This document shows positions 1 through 12,399 of a stretch of 64,000 nt of DNA, in pieces (the first letter of the stretch is position 1; every line of letters begins with the position of its first letter). The notes beneath the pieces were generated by a model. It did no database searches. It was not told the origin of the DNA and saw only the letters and a program-made list of their open reading frames with translations. Made by a program: the position numbers and the translations under genes. The DNA comes from Lophium mytilinum (Eukaryota): assembly GCA_010093605.1 (NCBI GenBank), contig MU004191.1, positions 1,038,816 to 1,102,815 on the forward strand, given 5' to 3'.

Positions 1-228
1 GGGTGGATCACCGAGAGTATGGGTCAGCAGCAGAAGCGTGTGGTGGTCGAAGACGGGGTCTTGATTCGCATGTACCGTTCGGTACATGGAGCAAGCATCG
101 GCACAGCAAGTTAGGCTCTCAGGGCCGTTATTTTGCGGCGATATAGGCCAGGTCTGCACCGATCAGCCAATATCATGTTTGATTGCGGTGGTGGCCACTG
201 TGGAAAACGGGGTGCAGATGTCAAAGGC

Positions 229-739
229 CTGGGGTGGAGGCAGCTGGCGATCCTGGAGTCGTCTGTGGCAGTCGTCGCTCGAGAAGACGGCTGACATCTC
301 GTTTAAACTAGCCTTGGAGTATCTGAGGCCTCTGACCAACGATGCAGCTAGGCCCGGAGTCGGGGTTTCTCTAGGATGTCGGCCGGTATTGGACACCAGC
401 TCCCGCTGCAGTCTCCACCGAAGCCTGCGCAGAAGCCCTGGAGCAGTGGAGACACTCATGGAGCTACCATACCCCGCGACTTCGCTAGACACGGCGGAGG
501 ACGCGCCGCAGGGAAGGTATATTGTACTCAGGCACACCGCAGCCGGCGGGCCAGCCAAGATATCCTACCCTTCACCTGCACACCATACTTTCTTACCGTC
601 GCCCGGTACTGCGTGCTCGTCCTCTACTCATCGTCTGACTTCCTGCCCCCCGCTTTCAAGTGCTCCTCCAGCTACCACTCCGTCTGTTCGTGATATCAAA
701 ACCATCTGTCGTCGACTAGCGTTGGTTGGAGAAGTGGAG
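229..739. promoter_or_regulatory. Cluster of CreA/Mig1-type SYGGRG motifs upstream of xlnR
   Basis: About 11 matches on both strands, e.g. CTGGGG 229, GTGGAG 234, CTGGAG 253, CCGGAG 354, CTCCAC 413, CTGGAG 438, GTGGAG 446, CCCCGC 472, GCGGAG 494, CTCCAG 666, GTGGAG 734. The motif is short and the region is GC-rich. Confidence 0.35.
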
Positions 740-777
740 CTCGTCGCTGTACGGCCGAGGTTGCGGCCGCTAACGCG

Positions 778-3700
778 ATGATTTCCACCAGTCTTCATCA
801 GTACACCCCGGCTTTCAACCACCTGCCCTCGCAGAATCTGGGCAACCACGACCAACACCAGCATCTTCACAGCCAGCATATGGGCCAGACGGGACTGGAT
901 GCCCTCGCCCACAACTCTCAGTACGCCCTCCACTACCAGCAGCCACACCACGTCCTGCCTACGGGCAAAGGCATCGTCAAACCACGCCATCACGGCTACA
1001 GTAATGGGCCCATTGCAGCAGCTCCCCGCAGCCAGCGCAACGCCATGCTCCATGACCGCTCGGGACGTTCTTCGGCATCAGGGCCGGTGCGCCGTCGCAT
1101 CAGCCGTGCATGCGACCAGTGCAATCAGTTGAGGACCAAGTGCGATGGAAAGACTCCTTGTGCGCATTGTATGGGTGTGTATGGGTGCGTGCTTGATTTC
1201 CTACCTGCTAGAAGCTAATACGACTCAGAATTTGGCCTGACGTGCGAGTACGTACGGGAACGCAAGAAGAGAGGGAAAGCGTCCAGAAAGGACATCGCCC
1301 AGCAAGCCGCAGCAGCGGCGGTGGCGGGCACCAATCCAGAGTCTTCCCCTGGCAGTCCAAGATCTCGCGACGGCTTTTCTTCCGGGGATCAAGGCCTCAC
1401 TGACTCCACCACAGGAGGCCATGAAAGGTTTGATCGGCCACGCTCAATTAGCGATCTTCCACCGCCGAATCTACCTCCTCCAAGGTCTTCCAGAATAGCT
1501 AGTAGCCACAATACTGACGGTAGTGCCATGTACGATGGAATCAACCCTTTGTCACGAAATATGAATCTGTCAGCCATCGACGGTATGTCTGAAAACGGAC
1601 TTCACCACCAGATGGCACCTTCCAACATCGTGGATCCCAGTATACAAGGCCCTCGAATGGACAACAGCGGTGTCCATGATCGCAATATCCCCATGGTCGG
1701 AATGTCTGACTATGGCTCCTTGGACAACTTCAACCGCAACATGATGCATCCTTCTGCCGCCGCACCTAGCCATTCGGCGATGCACAGTGGAGCCAACGTC
1801 CTCCCTCAGCCCATCGTCCCATCAAATAGCATGCCAGAGTACTCAGACGGCCCTTACTCTATGATGAGTCCCCAAAACCAGCAGGCTCCTCCAAACGCGT
1901 ACCGCATGCCCACTAGCGAGTCACCAATGCCAGGCTTCATGGGAAATTCTCCAGTGTCCGGCTCACCTGGGTGGCTGTCGTTGCCATCGCCATCAGCTAC
2001 AATGTACGCCGTGGCCCCATCTCTACGTTATCCAGTGCTGCAGCCCTTAGTGCCCCACATAACGAACATCATCCCCCTTTCGCTTGCATGCGATCTCCTA
2101 GACCTGTACTTTCAGAGCTCTTCCTCTGCCTTTATGCAGCCGTTATCACCCTACGTTCTTGGGTACGTCTTTCGCAAACGATCTTTCTTAAGGCACAACC
2201 ACCCAAGAGTATGCAGTCCAGCCCTACTTGCAAGCATGCTCTGGATAGGAGCACAGACTAGCGAGTCGTCTTACCTCACATCACCACCCTCGGCTCGAGG
2301 CAAGATTTGTGAGAAGCTCTTGGAACTTACTGTTGGACTGCTCAAACCGCTCATCCACTCCTCAGCGAGTAGCGAGGCTAGTCCAACATATACGAATGCT
2401 ATCATCAACGGCGTAGCGTTAGGAGGTTTTGGAGTAGGAGCACAAGAAACCGGGCGCCACAGCTCGCCTGGGGCAACCAGCGGGCTCGACGACGTTGCTA
2501 CGTATATGCACCTCGCGATTGTCGTCTCTGCTAGCGAGTACAAGGCTGCCAGTCTTCGGTGGTGGAACGCTGCGTGGTCTTTAGCGAGGGAGCTCAAATT
2601 AGGCAGGGAGGTTCCACCAGATCTGATGCCCCATGACCAAGCCGGGGACGAAGATTCAGATGCCCCTGGAGAGGTCGACATGGACATGAACCATAGTATA
2701 CCCGGTGGTCATTCTAATGGTGCGCGAAATAACCCTTCAATCACCACTGAGGAGCAAAGAGAGGAGCGAAGGCGGATTTGGTGGCTGTTATACACGATGG
2801 ATCGCCATTTGGCGCTCTGCTACAATAGGCCACTGTTTTTGCTGGATATTGAGTGTAATGGCCTACTTCAACCGGTAGATGACTCCCTCTGGCAGGCTGG
2901 CGAGTATTTCAATGGGGACTGCGCTCAATCGTTTTCAGATCCAACCACCCCATATTTACGACGACGAGGTCCCGCTTTCGAATGCACTGGACACAGCATA
3001 TTCGGATATTTCCTACCTTTGATGACGATCCTAGGCGAGATCGTCGACCTCAATCACGCCCGCAACCATCCGAGGTTCGGCCTGCGTTTTCGAAGCGGCT
3101 CTGACTGGGACGACCAAGCCGCAGAGATTGTTAAACAGCTGGAAGCATATGGGGAGAGCCTTCAAGAGTTCAAGGCCCGGAGCCTTTCTGAAGCGAATGT
3201 CGAAGCCGTAACACCAAATCAGCACGATCCTAGCACCCCTTCAGCACGATCCGTCAACTCATCAACCTCTCGGATCCACGAGTCGATTCTGCAAACCAAA
3301 ATCGCATTTGCGTATGGAACGCATCTAATGCACACTCTACACATCCTCCTGAATGGAAAATGGGATCCCATATCCCTTCTCGACGATAACGATCTCTGGA
3401 TATCCTCCGAATCCTTCATTACTGCGACTGGTCACGCAGTCTCAGCCGCGGAGGCTATCAGCGATATTCTCGAAAACGACCCCGACCTTAGCTTTATGCC
3501 GTTCTTTTTCGGCATATACTTGCTACAGGGAAGCTTCCTACTCCTTCTGATAGCCGACAAGCTCCAAGGCGAAGCCAGCCCCAGCGTTGTGAGAGCATGC
3601 GAAAGCATTGTTCGAGCGCACGAAGCTTGTGTGGTGACGCTCAATACAGAATATCAGGTGGGTTCGCTTTCCTGCTTCCTCACTTCACTGCGACTCTCCC

Positions 3701-3905
3701 CTTTCCCGCCTCCCTCATCCGAAATGAGTGGAATAATGCTTACAAAAATACCCTTCCACAGAGAAATTTCCGCAAAGTTATGCGATCGGCTCTCGCCCAG
3801 GTGCGCGGACGCCTGCTGGAAGATTTCGGTGAACAGCAACTCCGCCGGCGTGAGGTGCTCGGGCTGTACCGATGGACGGGGGACGGGACCGGCCTCGCTC
3901 TCTGA
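778..3905 (+). CDS. xlnR: Xylanolytic transcriptional activator XlnR/Xyr1 (Zn2Cys6 plus fungal TF middle-homology domain), ~989 aa, 3 exons
   Basis: Exons 778-1174, 1229-3657, 3762-3905 with GT-AG introns 1175-1228 and 3658-3761. Contains [59 protein letters not shown] and the XlnR-typical C-terminus [17 protein letters not shown]...[13 protein letters not shown]. Confidence 0.96.
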
Positions 3906-5126
3906 ATCTGAATCCAAGACCTACCGGCGATAGCACATGAATAGCGATTGAACGCGGTCCAGATATCCGATGGCATTATGGTCAAGGTGACCCGTAATCC
4001 GTACACTTCTTCTGTCCCTCCCTGGTGATTATTCCCACTTTGATCTCTCTTCTCACGAAAATCATCGCTTAGAGCGTCACCATCGCTCAACCCATGACAC
4101 TCCTCTACATCTCAAACAACTTCTCGATAGTTAAAACACTCACATTGACCCCAAATGGACTTCGCTGGGTATATGGTACATCGGGGAGTAAAAGAATACA
4201 TGTTTTGAAAGGTTTAAGGTTGGCGGTTGCCGGATCTCTTTTGATATACCCACATCGCGCAGCATGTTCACCCTGTCTTAGCAGCGGGCTCGTTTACGCC
4301 TCCAAATCGCCACTTGTATACATCCGAAGGCGATGCTCCCACACATATCATATTGTCTTCATATCTATAAAATAGACTCTCCCGCACTTTAGGCAACTAT
4401 TTGATGCTATGCTATACGTCTAGTGCCGCAAAGACATCCGTGCGTACATAGCCTTAGCCCCTCAAACACGCAATCACACTCTCACATGCGGCTCAACGTT
4501 GAACGCCTGATGGTGGCTGATATGGGGCAGAGCGCTGTAAAACCGTGGAAAGGGTCTCAGATTTATGGACTGGAATCGTTCTCCGCATAACACTTAAAGA
4601 AACAACTTGTACGAAACAATCAGGTTTCCGCTATACCGCCAGGCATAAACATACCCAACTTTCCACGTACTCCAAGCCTTCAGCGCCCTGCGTTCGCGGA
4701 CCTACACGCCTTGCGAATACCGCTTCGAGAACGTCAAGAGGTTCCACAGGCGCGTTCGCGATTGCGTAACCCAGCCACCGGCGAGAGGATTTGACCCGAG
4801 TTGCGGAACGCGCTACTCATTTTGTGTTAAAAAATTTGGTGTTTTGAAGTGAATGTGACGGGCGATGGAAGAAGTATCGGAAGCGGTATCCACGTCACTC
4901 TCATCGTCACTCTCATCTGACGAGAAATCGACACCAGCAGGGCACTTGGGTGGCGCTGTGTTTGCTGCTTTCATTGTTGCCAGGAGCACCTTATGATCGC
5001 GTGGTTTCTCACGATTCAAAGCAGTCAAAAACAACAGTACATCGCTCGCTTTACGCGGCAGACGAACAAATTACATTTGCGCTAAGGTCTAGCCCTGATC
5101 TATCTCATTGCCCCCAACACTCCTTT

Positions 5127-6681
5127 TTAAATCGCCAAATTCGCACAGCTAAACGCCGGCCGCGTGCTCCCCGAATAATCCGCAATAATAGCCTTAACCG
5201 CCGCATACAACCCCGGCCCTAGCAAAAACAGCCCACAAATCATCACAAACACATGCACGACCGTCATAACCGACCGCCCAGCTCCGTTGAACAGATTCCC
5301 CTTGTAGAGCTGCCAGTACGCGACAGCGAAGTAGATGAAGCCGAAGAAGGAGTCGAAGGTAGCGCCGAGCAGGGAGAGGAAATCGCCCATGCTGGGCACG
5401 ACCTCGGAGAAGATGAAGGCGATGGCCCAGATGCCCGCCATGACGGCGGCCCATACGCCCCACCCGATGACGGTGTTGCTGTGCGCGTGGCGCGATTTGC
5501 CCATGATGCGGAAGTAGAGGAACTTGGCGGAGACGTTGGCGTAGATGACGCCGATGACAAGGGTGGGCACGATGACGAAGGCGAAGGAGCCCTTCTTGTA
5601 GGAGGTCACGCCTAGGCTGCCGAAAGCCGGGGCCGTGGAGTACTGGCCCAGGTAGCGGAAGCCGATTGCTGGGGGCACGATGAAGAGGAAGACGGAGATG
5701 CCGGCCAAGACGGCGAGGGCCTTGGGGAAGTCTTGCGGCTTCTCCATCTCGGAGATGAAGGTGGGGAAGAGGATTTGGGGAACCCAGAGGAAAGTGATGT
5801 TGAGCACGGCGTTCATGCAGGCGACCCAGGTGGTGCCCTCGGGAGGGAACGCGTAGGTCTTGACCGGGCCAAGGGTAGGGTAGTCGCCGTTGTATCCATA
5901 TAGCGGAGCATCTTCGATACCGGCGAAGATGAGAAAGAGGAGAATGGCGAGCCCCATGCAGGCAGCTGGCCAAGAGTCAGTAAATGGGATTGGAGGGTGG
6001 TGGAGAGCGCTGAGTACGCACCTGAGAACATGGACATGAAAGAGACGTGGTTGAGTGTCCTTGGCATCGACATGACTATGCCCATGAGGGTCACAATGAC
6101 GGAAAACACGACTGTACATAGCGAGTGGTCCGATAAGGTGTTGATGACCTTGGCGCCAGTGAGGACGTGGAAGCCGATGAGCAAGATGTTGTTCGCGAGC
6201 AACATAAATCCTGTGAACTCATACGCGATCCGGCTCTTTCCAAAAACGTAGTATCCAAAGTCGCAAATATCCTTGATCTGGGGGTGCTTCATTATGAACT
6301 TGTGCATGGTGATGGAGGTGATCCAGAAAAGGATACCGGCGACGACCATGGTGATTATTCCGGGAACCCATCCTAGCACGGAGAGCGACCATGTCTGGGC
6401 CATGATGGCAAGACAGACCTGGTCTCCGCACAGCAGCCAGGCGGCCTTTTGCCATGACATGGTTCGGAGCTTGATATCATGACTGTGGTCTATACAGTAT
6501 CTTGTCAGCTATCCAATTCAGCATGTTATAGCATCCAGCGAGTCCTACCTTCCGCAACCAGTGCGGTAATGGAGACATGCTCGCCGTCAGAGTCGGTCGC
6601 ATCGCCATAGCTCAGTGCGGGCTCTTGCTTCTCATCAGGATAGAGTGTGGCGCCCTTGTCGTCGGGGTATATGGCAGACAT
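5127..6681 (-). CDS. Neutral amino-acid permease (Mtr-like, Aa_trans/AAAP family), ~479 aa, 3 exons
   Basis: Exons 6681-6549, 6489-6022, 5965-5127 join in frame: MSAIYPDDK...DIKLRTMSWQKAAWLLCGDQVCLAIMAQTWSLSVLGWVPG...FPTFISEMEKPQDFPKAL. About 11 hydrophobic segments. Confidence 0.92.
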
Positions 6682-8086
6682 GGTGGGTGGAGTCTAGACG
6701 AGAGCTGATTAGTTGCACGCTCAAATCGTGGTGAATCAGATTACCCAGAACGGTGGAAAACCAGTTGAAGGCAGTACGAAGAAACAGACCCTGCAACCCG
6801 GTCGCGTGTACTTATACAATCATTGTTTGCCTCTGATCCTTGCAAAGAATTCCTTCAGCTCGCGGGCTCGCTGCAGCCCTAGATTGCGAATGTACAGCGG
6901 TGAATGGCGTTATCAGTTGGAAGTGGATAAGGCATCCGTGGACCCCTTGTAATGCTCCGGGAATGGCTTAGCAGCACCGATAGCAGGCTGACTAGAACAA
7001 CCACAGAACTTACGTTTCTCACCAGAGCAGCCCCGCTAGCGCTCTAGAACACCGGGGAGCCCGTGTGTCCCAGTGCAAGAGAGGGCCGAAGCGCGGTTCG
7101 AGGAGTGTCGGAGCTGCGTTGACAACGTTTAGCGCGCAATGGTGAATGCTCCACTTCAACACCATTCGCTCCATTTCCAGCCTCAATACGCCCCCGTGGC
7201 ATTGGGAGAGCCCAGCGATCTGATATGGGCTGGCGGGGATCGACTCTGGGGTCGCGTGCTCGCCCCAGACGCGCTCCCTCTGCCGCCGGCCGACGTCTCT
7301 CCCACGGTGGTGGACAGCTAGGTGTCCGAGCGCCCGGGGAGATGCCAGCCACCTGCCAGCGCTACATCCTAAGGTGACAGAACAGTGCGGGAACAGCCGG
7401 TCACATCTACCCATGGCAATCCCGCGTGGGTTTTGTTTTACGTAGGTGAAAATTGCACTGGCATTGTGGAGTGGCCGAAGCGACTGCTTCCTCTCTTCAG
7501 TGCTTCGTTATTGACGTGACCCGTCATGAGACACCGCAGAGATGGGGAAGAAGGCGAGGCGAAGTGCGAAAAGACGCGTAGGAACCAAGTCATGGCGCAG
7601 GTACAGTCACCAGATATCTTCATGGCGGCGAGGTGCTTGAGGTCGTCAGGACCAAGACTTTGGTCCAAGAGAGCCATGTCGGCATCGAAGCGAACAAGAG
7701 ATTTCCCAAGAGCACGGCATTCTTGGCTCTGAGCGACTATTGGGATGATGTTGGAGCTATTGGAAGGGACTTTTACTAAGTGCGCAAACTGTTCTGCCGC
7801 CGTCTGACTTGCCTCAATACACTTCTAGAGGTTCCAAAGGATATGGTGCCGAAAAATCGTAAGCTTGTTGAGCCAACTCAGACAACCTTATGACGGTGTC
7901 TGAGTCTGTTTGCGGCTGCACAAACATACGAAGTGGAGATTAGGCTACCTTTTGATGAAGCTATTACCTGTTCTCTGGGGCACCCCTCACAGTGGTGTCA
8001 ATCGAGCAAGAATAGAGCCAACGCTGGAGATATGCAGTTGCGCGGTCACCCCGTCGGTCAATCGAGAGCCCTCGAAAGACAACTCA

Positions 8087-8429
8087 AATTCAAAAGCTTC
8101 GGATTTTACATGCTCTTCTAATTCCATAACGCCTATGAAGCCACTCCTAAAAGTGTCAAGCTGGTCGCAGAAGACTCGCGCCATCAGATAGATTCAAGAT
8201 ATGTTACAAACAACAGTACGGGAAAGTACACCAAAGCAATATATCAACACACTTCACTGATTCAGACGCTTCAGATGTACATGCTCTTCTGATTTCAGAA
8301 AGCCTATAGAGCCACCCCTGACCGTGTCAAGCCAGTCGCAAAACACTAGCGCCAGAATATACATTTAAGACATGTTACAAACACAGTACGGAAAAGTACC
8401 CACAAAGTAATATATCAACAGGCTTCACC
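8087..8429. repeat. Diverged direct duplication, two ~172-bp units
   Basis: GCTTC(G/A)GAT-TACATGCTCTTCT...GTGTCAAGC...ATGTTACAAAC...AATATATCAAC occurs starting at ~8096 and again at ~8268. Confidence 0.85.
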
Positions 8430-8465
8430 CCGACCCGCCAATCTTCAGAAGAAGCGAAAATACGT

Positions 8466-11400
8466 TCACTTCCTATTCTTGTCCTTGTTGTCCTTCTTCT
8501 TCTTCTTCGAAGGCCCAGCCTCACCACCATCATCAGCCTTCCGCTTCTTCGACCCCCATTTCTCGAAATCCACATTATTCTCCATATTCGCCACAAGCTC
8601 AACGCCGTTGTCAGCAAGGGACTGATCGAACACCCTCTGCGTCTCTATCCGTTCCGGATACCCATCGAGCTCCACGTCCCGGCCCCTAGTCGCACCCTGC
8701 CTCTGCGCGTGGTCGAACTGCCGATTGGCAGGGACACGGCTCGTCCTCACCACATAATCTTTACACGCAAGAAACGCGTAGATATCAGCCCAGCCAACAG
8801 CACCCGCCAGAGCCGCATTAACCAACCAGCGCGCGTCCTCTTGGTCACTGACGTCCCCACACTTCAACGCCTTCTTTGGGCTCGGGTTGATCTCCAGCCC
8901 CAGCGCCACCGCCCACGCGTTCAAGACAGAGTGAACGCCGCACGAATTGGTGCCCCCTGGCTGCTGTGGGACTGGGATGGGCGTTGCCTGTTTGTCTGGG
9001 TACTTGAGGCGGTCATTGCCCCACTGGTCCCACGTGACGAAGTCTCGGGCGTTGCGGAGCGCGTCTCTGTCGTGGCGTGGTCTGTTTTCTGGCCGAGTGG
9101 CCTTGTTGTTCGGATCCGAGTCCAGGCGGTAGAAGCCCACGCGCTCGCCTTCCTGCTGGAAGACGTAGAGGAGGATGTGTGCGCCAGCCCGCCCTCCTTT
9201 TGGTGGTTTTTCGGAGAAGATGTAGGGGTAGAGCCAGGGTTGTCGCGGCCGGCTTACTCTGTAGGCTGCGAGGTCCATTCCAGTGCCGCGTCCGATCTGC
9301 GCCATTTCGGACATTTGTTGAGTGGCGTGCGCGAACCCGGGAGGGGTAAGGTCGTTGGGGTTCTGAGCTTGTTGGTAGCTGGTGATGGCTTCTGTGACGG
9401 ACGCTATGCCGCCTATCACATCCTCTAACCCGAGAGCGCCATTGGTTATCTGATAGGTATGTTTCTTCTCGTTCTTCATGGCGCTTTGTATGTCGGCTCG
9501 AATCTGGTCCACCCTGCTTCTGTAGTAGCTGCACGGGTCCTGAAGCAAATCATCCCAGTACTTTCGTTTTACGTCATGCCCATCGTCGTTCGGGTCGTAG
9601 ATACCTAGGTCGATCAAGTGTTGCTTCATCCCCTCATCATGACTATCGTGTGGAAATCGCTCTGCGTGAGACAACCCTTCCGGAAAGTTTGTGTTGACGG
9701 TGCGGTCTAAAGAGGCGTACGTAACGTCCGAATCGTCCGAATCTGCAAGCATTTCCGCCACTACTCCGTCTAGCTCGTGCTCGGAAGCGATCGAAACGGT
9801 ATTTCCTTGAGTTTGACGGTTTATCGGGATATTTGAAGTTGCGATTACGAATTCGTGGCATCGCAGAAAGCCATAGATGAGCCGGTAGTTTGCATTGCCA
9901 CCAGTCGCGAGGATGAAGAGCTCCCGAGCATCTCTGTAAAAGTCTTCTGTTGCTTGGAAGGCTTCGTTGATCTCCAGTCCAAGGGCAATTGCCCAAGCAT
10001 TGCATACGGTGTGGTAGCCACAGCCCCAGCCGTTTGGTTGCTGGGCTGCTGGAGCCCAAAAGATCTCTCTCGGTAATTCGGGCGCTGGCTCAGAGCCAGT
10101 AGATGGAGCAATGTGCCACTTAGTCCATTGTATGAGATTGCAGACGCGGTTGTATATTGTCGTTCGCATGTTTGCGGTGTAGTGATGCCTCCTGGAGTCC
10201 AGAACATCGGCTGTTATTGATCTGTCTGCGCCCATCTGAATGACGACCAGAACGATATGCTGATCCAAAAAGATGGGTACCAGCATGGGTCTTCCGGGCC
10301 TTAGTGCTCGACGGAATTCGACTCCCTCCGGAGGGTCGCGAATCGCATCGATACTATTTAGAATGCTAGAGACGTGAGAACTAACGGCGTTGAATCCGGA
10401 TCGAATGTCCATATTTTGTGCCAGCAGCAGAAGTAATGAGGCAATCGAGAGTAGAATCTCATCGTCTCTCATAAAAGCTCCAGGCTTACTCCACCGAGGC
10501 TCTTTGCCGTCTTTGAAGATCTTCACAGATAGCCGAGTCTTAACCAAGCCGAGTTGAGACCGATAGAAGGCACAAGGAGATTCGTCTGGCGAGATTATAT
10601 CCGACGGTGGCGGCCGGCTCTTGGGAAGTTCTAGCTTTTGAGGTCGTTTTAGCGTCCCCGAAGGTTGTGCTGGTACAGCGTATTCTCCCAAAGTGATAGT
10701 AGTGTTGGTTACAGCGGTGTCTGACTGGTTTTGAGGTACCGCACTAAGAGTAGGATCTTGCGTACCCTTTTGAAAAGATTACAATGTTAGCAAAGCCTTC
10801 CGGATTTATGGGACCGAACTCACCCGTTTGTATTGATATTGTGCACCCTCTGAACCTCCCCAGAAGAACACGGCTTGGTCGGCAATCTCAATGTAGTTGA
10901 AAGAAAGCAACGGCCCGACGATTTCGACGTTGTCCGCCCGATCGTTGGTGTAGTCTACCCCGTTGATTCGAACAACATCTCCATGTGCGATTCGAAGGAA
11001 CCATCCGTAGTTTCTCCGATTCTGGTTCAACTCTCTGGTATTCAATCGGTACAAGACGACGGGCTCGGGCGCTGATGACGCCGAGGCATCCTCAGAGTTC
11101 GGTACATTGAAGTTTCTATAATTGAAGTTACTCAATATTGTGTGACTAGACTCGGGAAACTAGGAGCGGGAATCAACTTACACTCTGATCAACCTATGAC
11201 TTCGTACCACAACGGGTAGTCTGGTAGGCCCAGAAGCATCGGCGCTGTCTTGATTCTTGCTTGGCTCAGGTTCGTCCCGCCAATACACAGCAGCTTCGCC
11301 TTCCTGCATCCCCTGGATTCGACCGATAGCACTATCGCGTTCATTGCCAATGACCGAATCTGCCAAACGTGCCCAAAGCTGTTGTACGGCGTCGCTGGCC

Positions 11401-11675
11401 TGGCCTAGGATTCTTGGTCTGTAGTTTCGTTGCTTATATGCGAGAGGAGATGAGATTGGACAGCGGCTCGGTTGAAGGAGTCTGTATCCTTCCGGAAGCT
11501 CTGCTTCAGGAGTATCCTGCCCGGTTATGGGGGAATGGTCCACGGGATTGCCGTCTATCGTCAAGTCTCTCTCGTTTGGCGGCTCTTGTTGCTCTGGCTC
11601 TTGTTGCTCCGGCTCAGGAAGAGGTGCTTTCCCCTTCCCTTTCGTGCCTTTCTTGGGGGCTTTCTTCTTCGCCAT
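8466..11675 (-). CDS. Uncharacterised ~1028-aa protein with two tandem Ulp1/C48 (CE-clan)-like cysteine protease domains and basic NLS-like termini, 3 exons
   Basis: Exons 11675-11182, 11115-10824, 10766-8466 join in phase through introns GTAAGT..TAG (11181-11116) and GTGAGT..GCTAAC..AAG (10823-10767). Two repeats carry H..D..QQP..CG motifs (QHIVLV/VLDS/QQPNGWGCG and AHILLY/RLDS/QQPGGTNSCG). Confidence 0.8.
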
Positions 11676-12399
11676 CTTCGAACTTGGTATTTTGCTGGCG
11701 TAGATTCAGCTTCGATGAATCCGATCGTGTGCTATATCTGATGAAATGATGATTGTGAATTTCTTGACGGTCAAGCAAAGAAAGAGTGACTCGAGCTTCG
11801 TTGAAGGCGGATGTTCGCGTTCAAGTTGGCTTCGTAGTGAGGTGGGAACAATGAATAGCTATTGAAAACAATAGCACTAACCGCGAGCGGCGACATCTCG
11901 AACCACAAAGAAAAATCTTCACTGGGACTGAAGCGACAAGAATTGAATTGCTTTTGACAATTGAATTGCGATAAGTATAATACTACTCCCTAGCTATACG
12001 ACGGTAGATTCGTTGGTCTCGTTGACTTCCGTCCCACTTGGAATGCGATTAGCACTCTCCTTGCTTTTGTACAAGCTCTCAACGACCGGATTTCAGTTCG
12101 CCTTGTACGAGAATATACACAGTGATAGATACTGTTTTTGACTGAGACTCTTCTATCCCGTAGTGTTTTTAAAGCGGCTGGGCGTATTAGCCGAGTACTC
12201 TATTACTGAGATGAGCCCGTTTGGTGTTCCACTATGTGACTCGGCGCGAGTACTTGCACACATCGTAGCAATTCTGGGTCCGAGACCATCTGAGATGTCC
12301 ATCTCATAGAATACAGTCGGCGTGTGCGTGGGACGCGGCTGTTGACCTTTGTGCCACCTTGATTCGCCAAAGACATTTTGGAGAACCGAGGTCTTTATC

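Noticed and set aside
86..781. 231-aa ORF upstream of xlnR
   Set aside because: Low-complexity, Ser/Pro/Arg-rich translation with no recognisable motif. It overlaps the GC-rich xlnR promoter/leader and is most likely a chance ORF.
5194..5973. Long alternative-frame and antisense ORFs over the permease (and similarly over the protease, ras1, SLN1 and MET5 genes)
   Set aside because: Shadow ORFs caused by high GC3 codon usage in the real genes.
7438..8184. Minus-strand ORF fragments that could be a decayed gene
   Set aside because: Interrupted by stops, with no recognisable domain or convincing splice model. It cannot be supported without a homology search.
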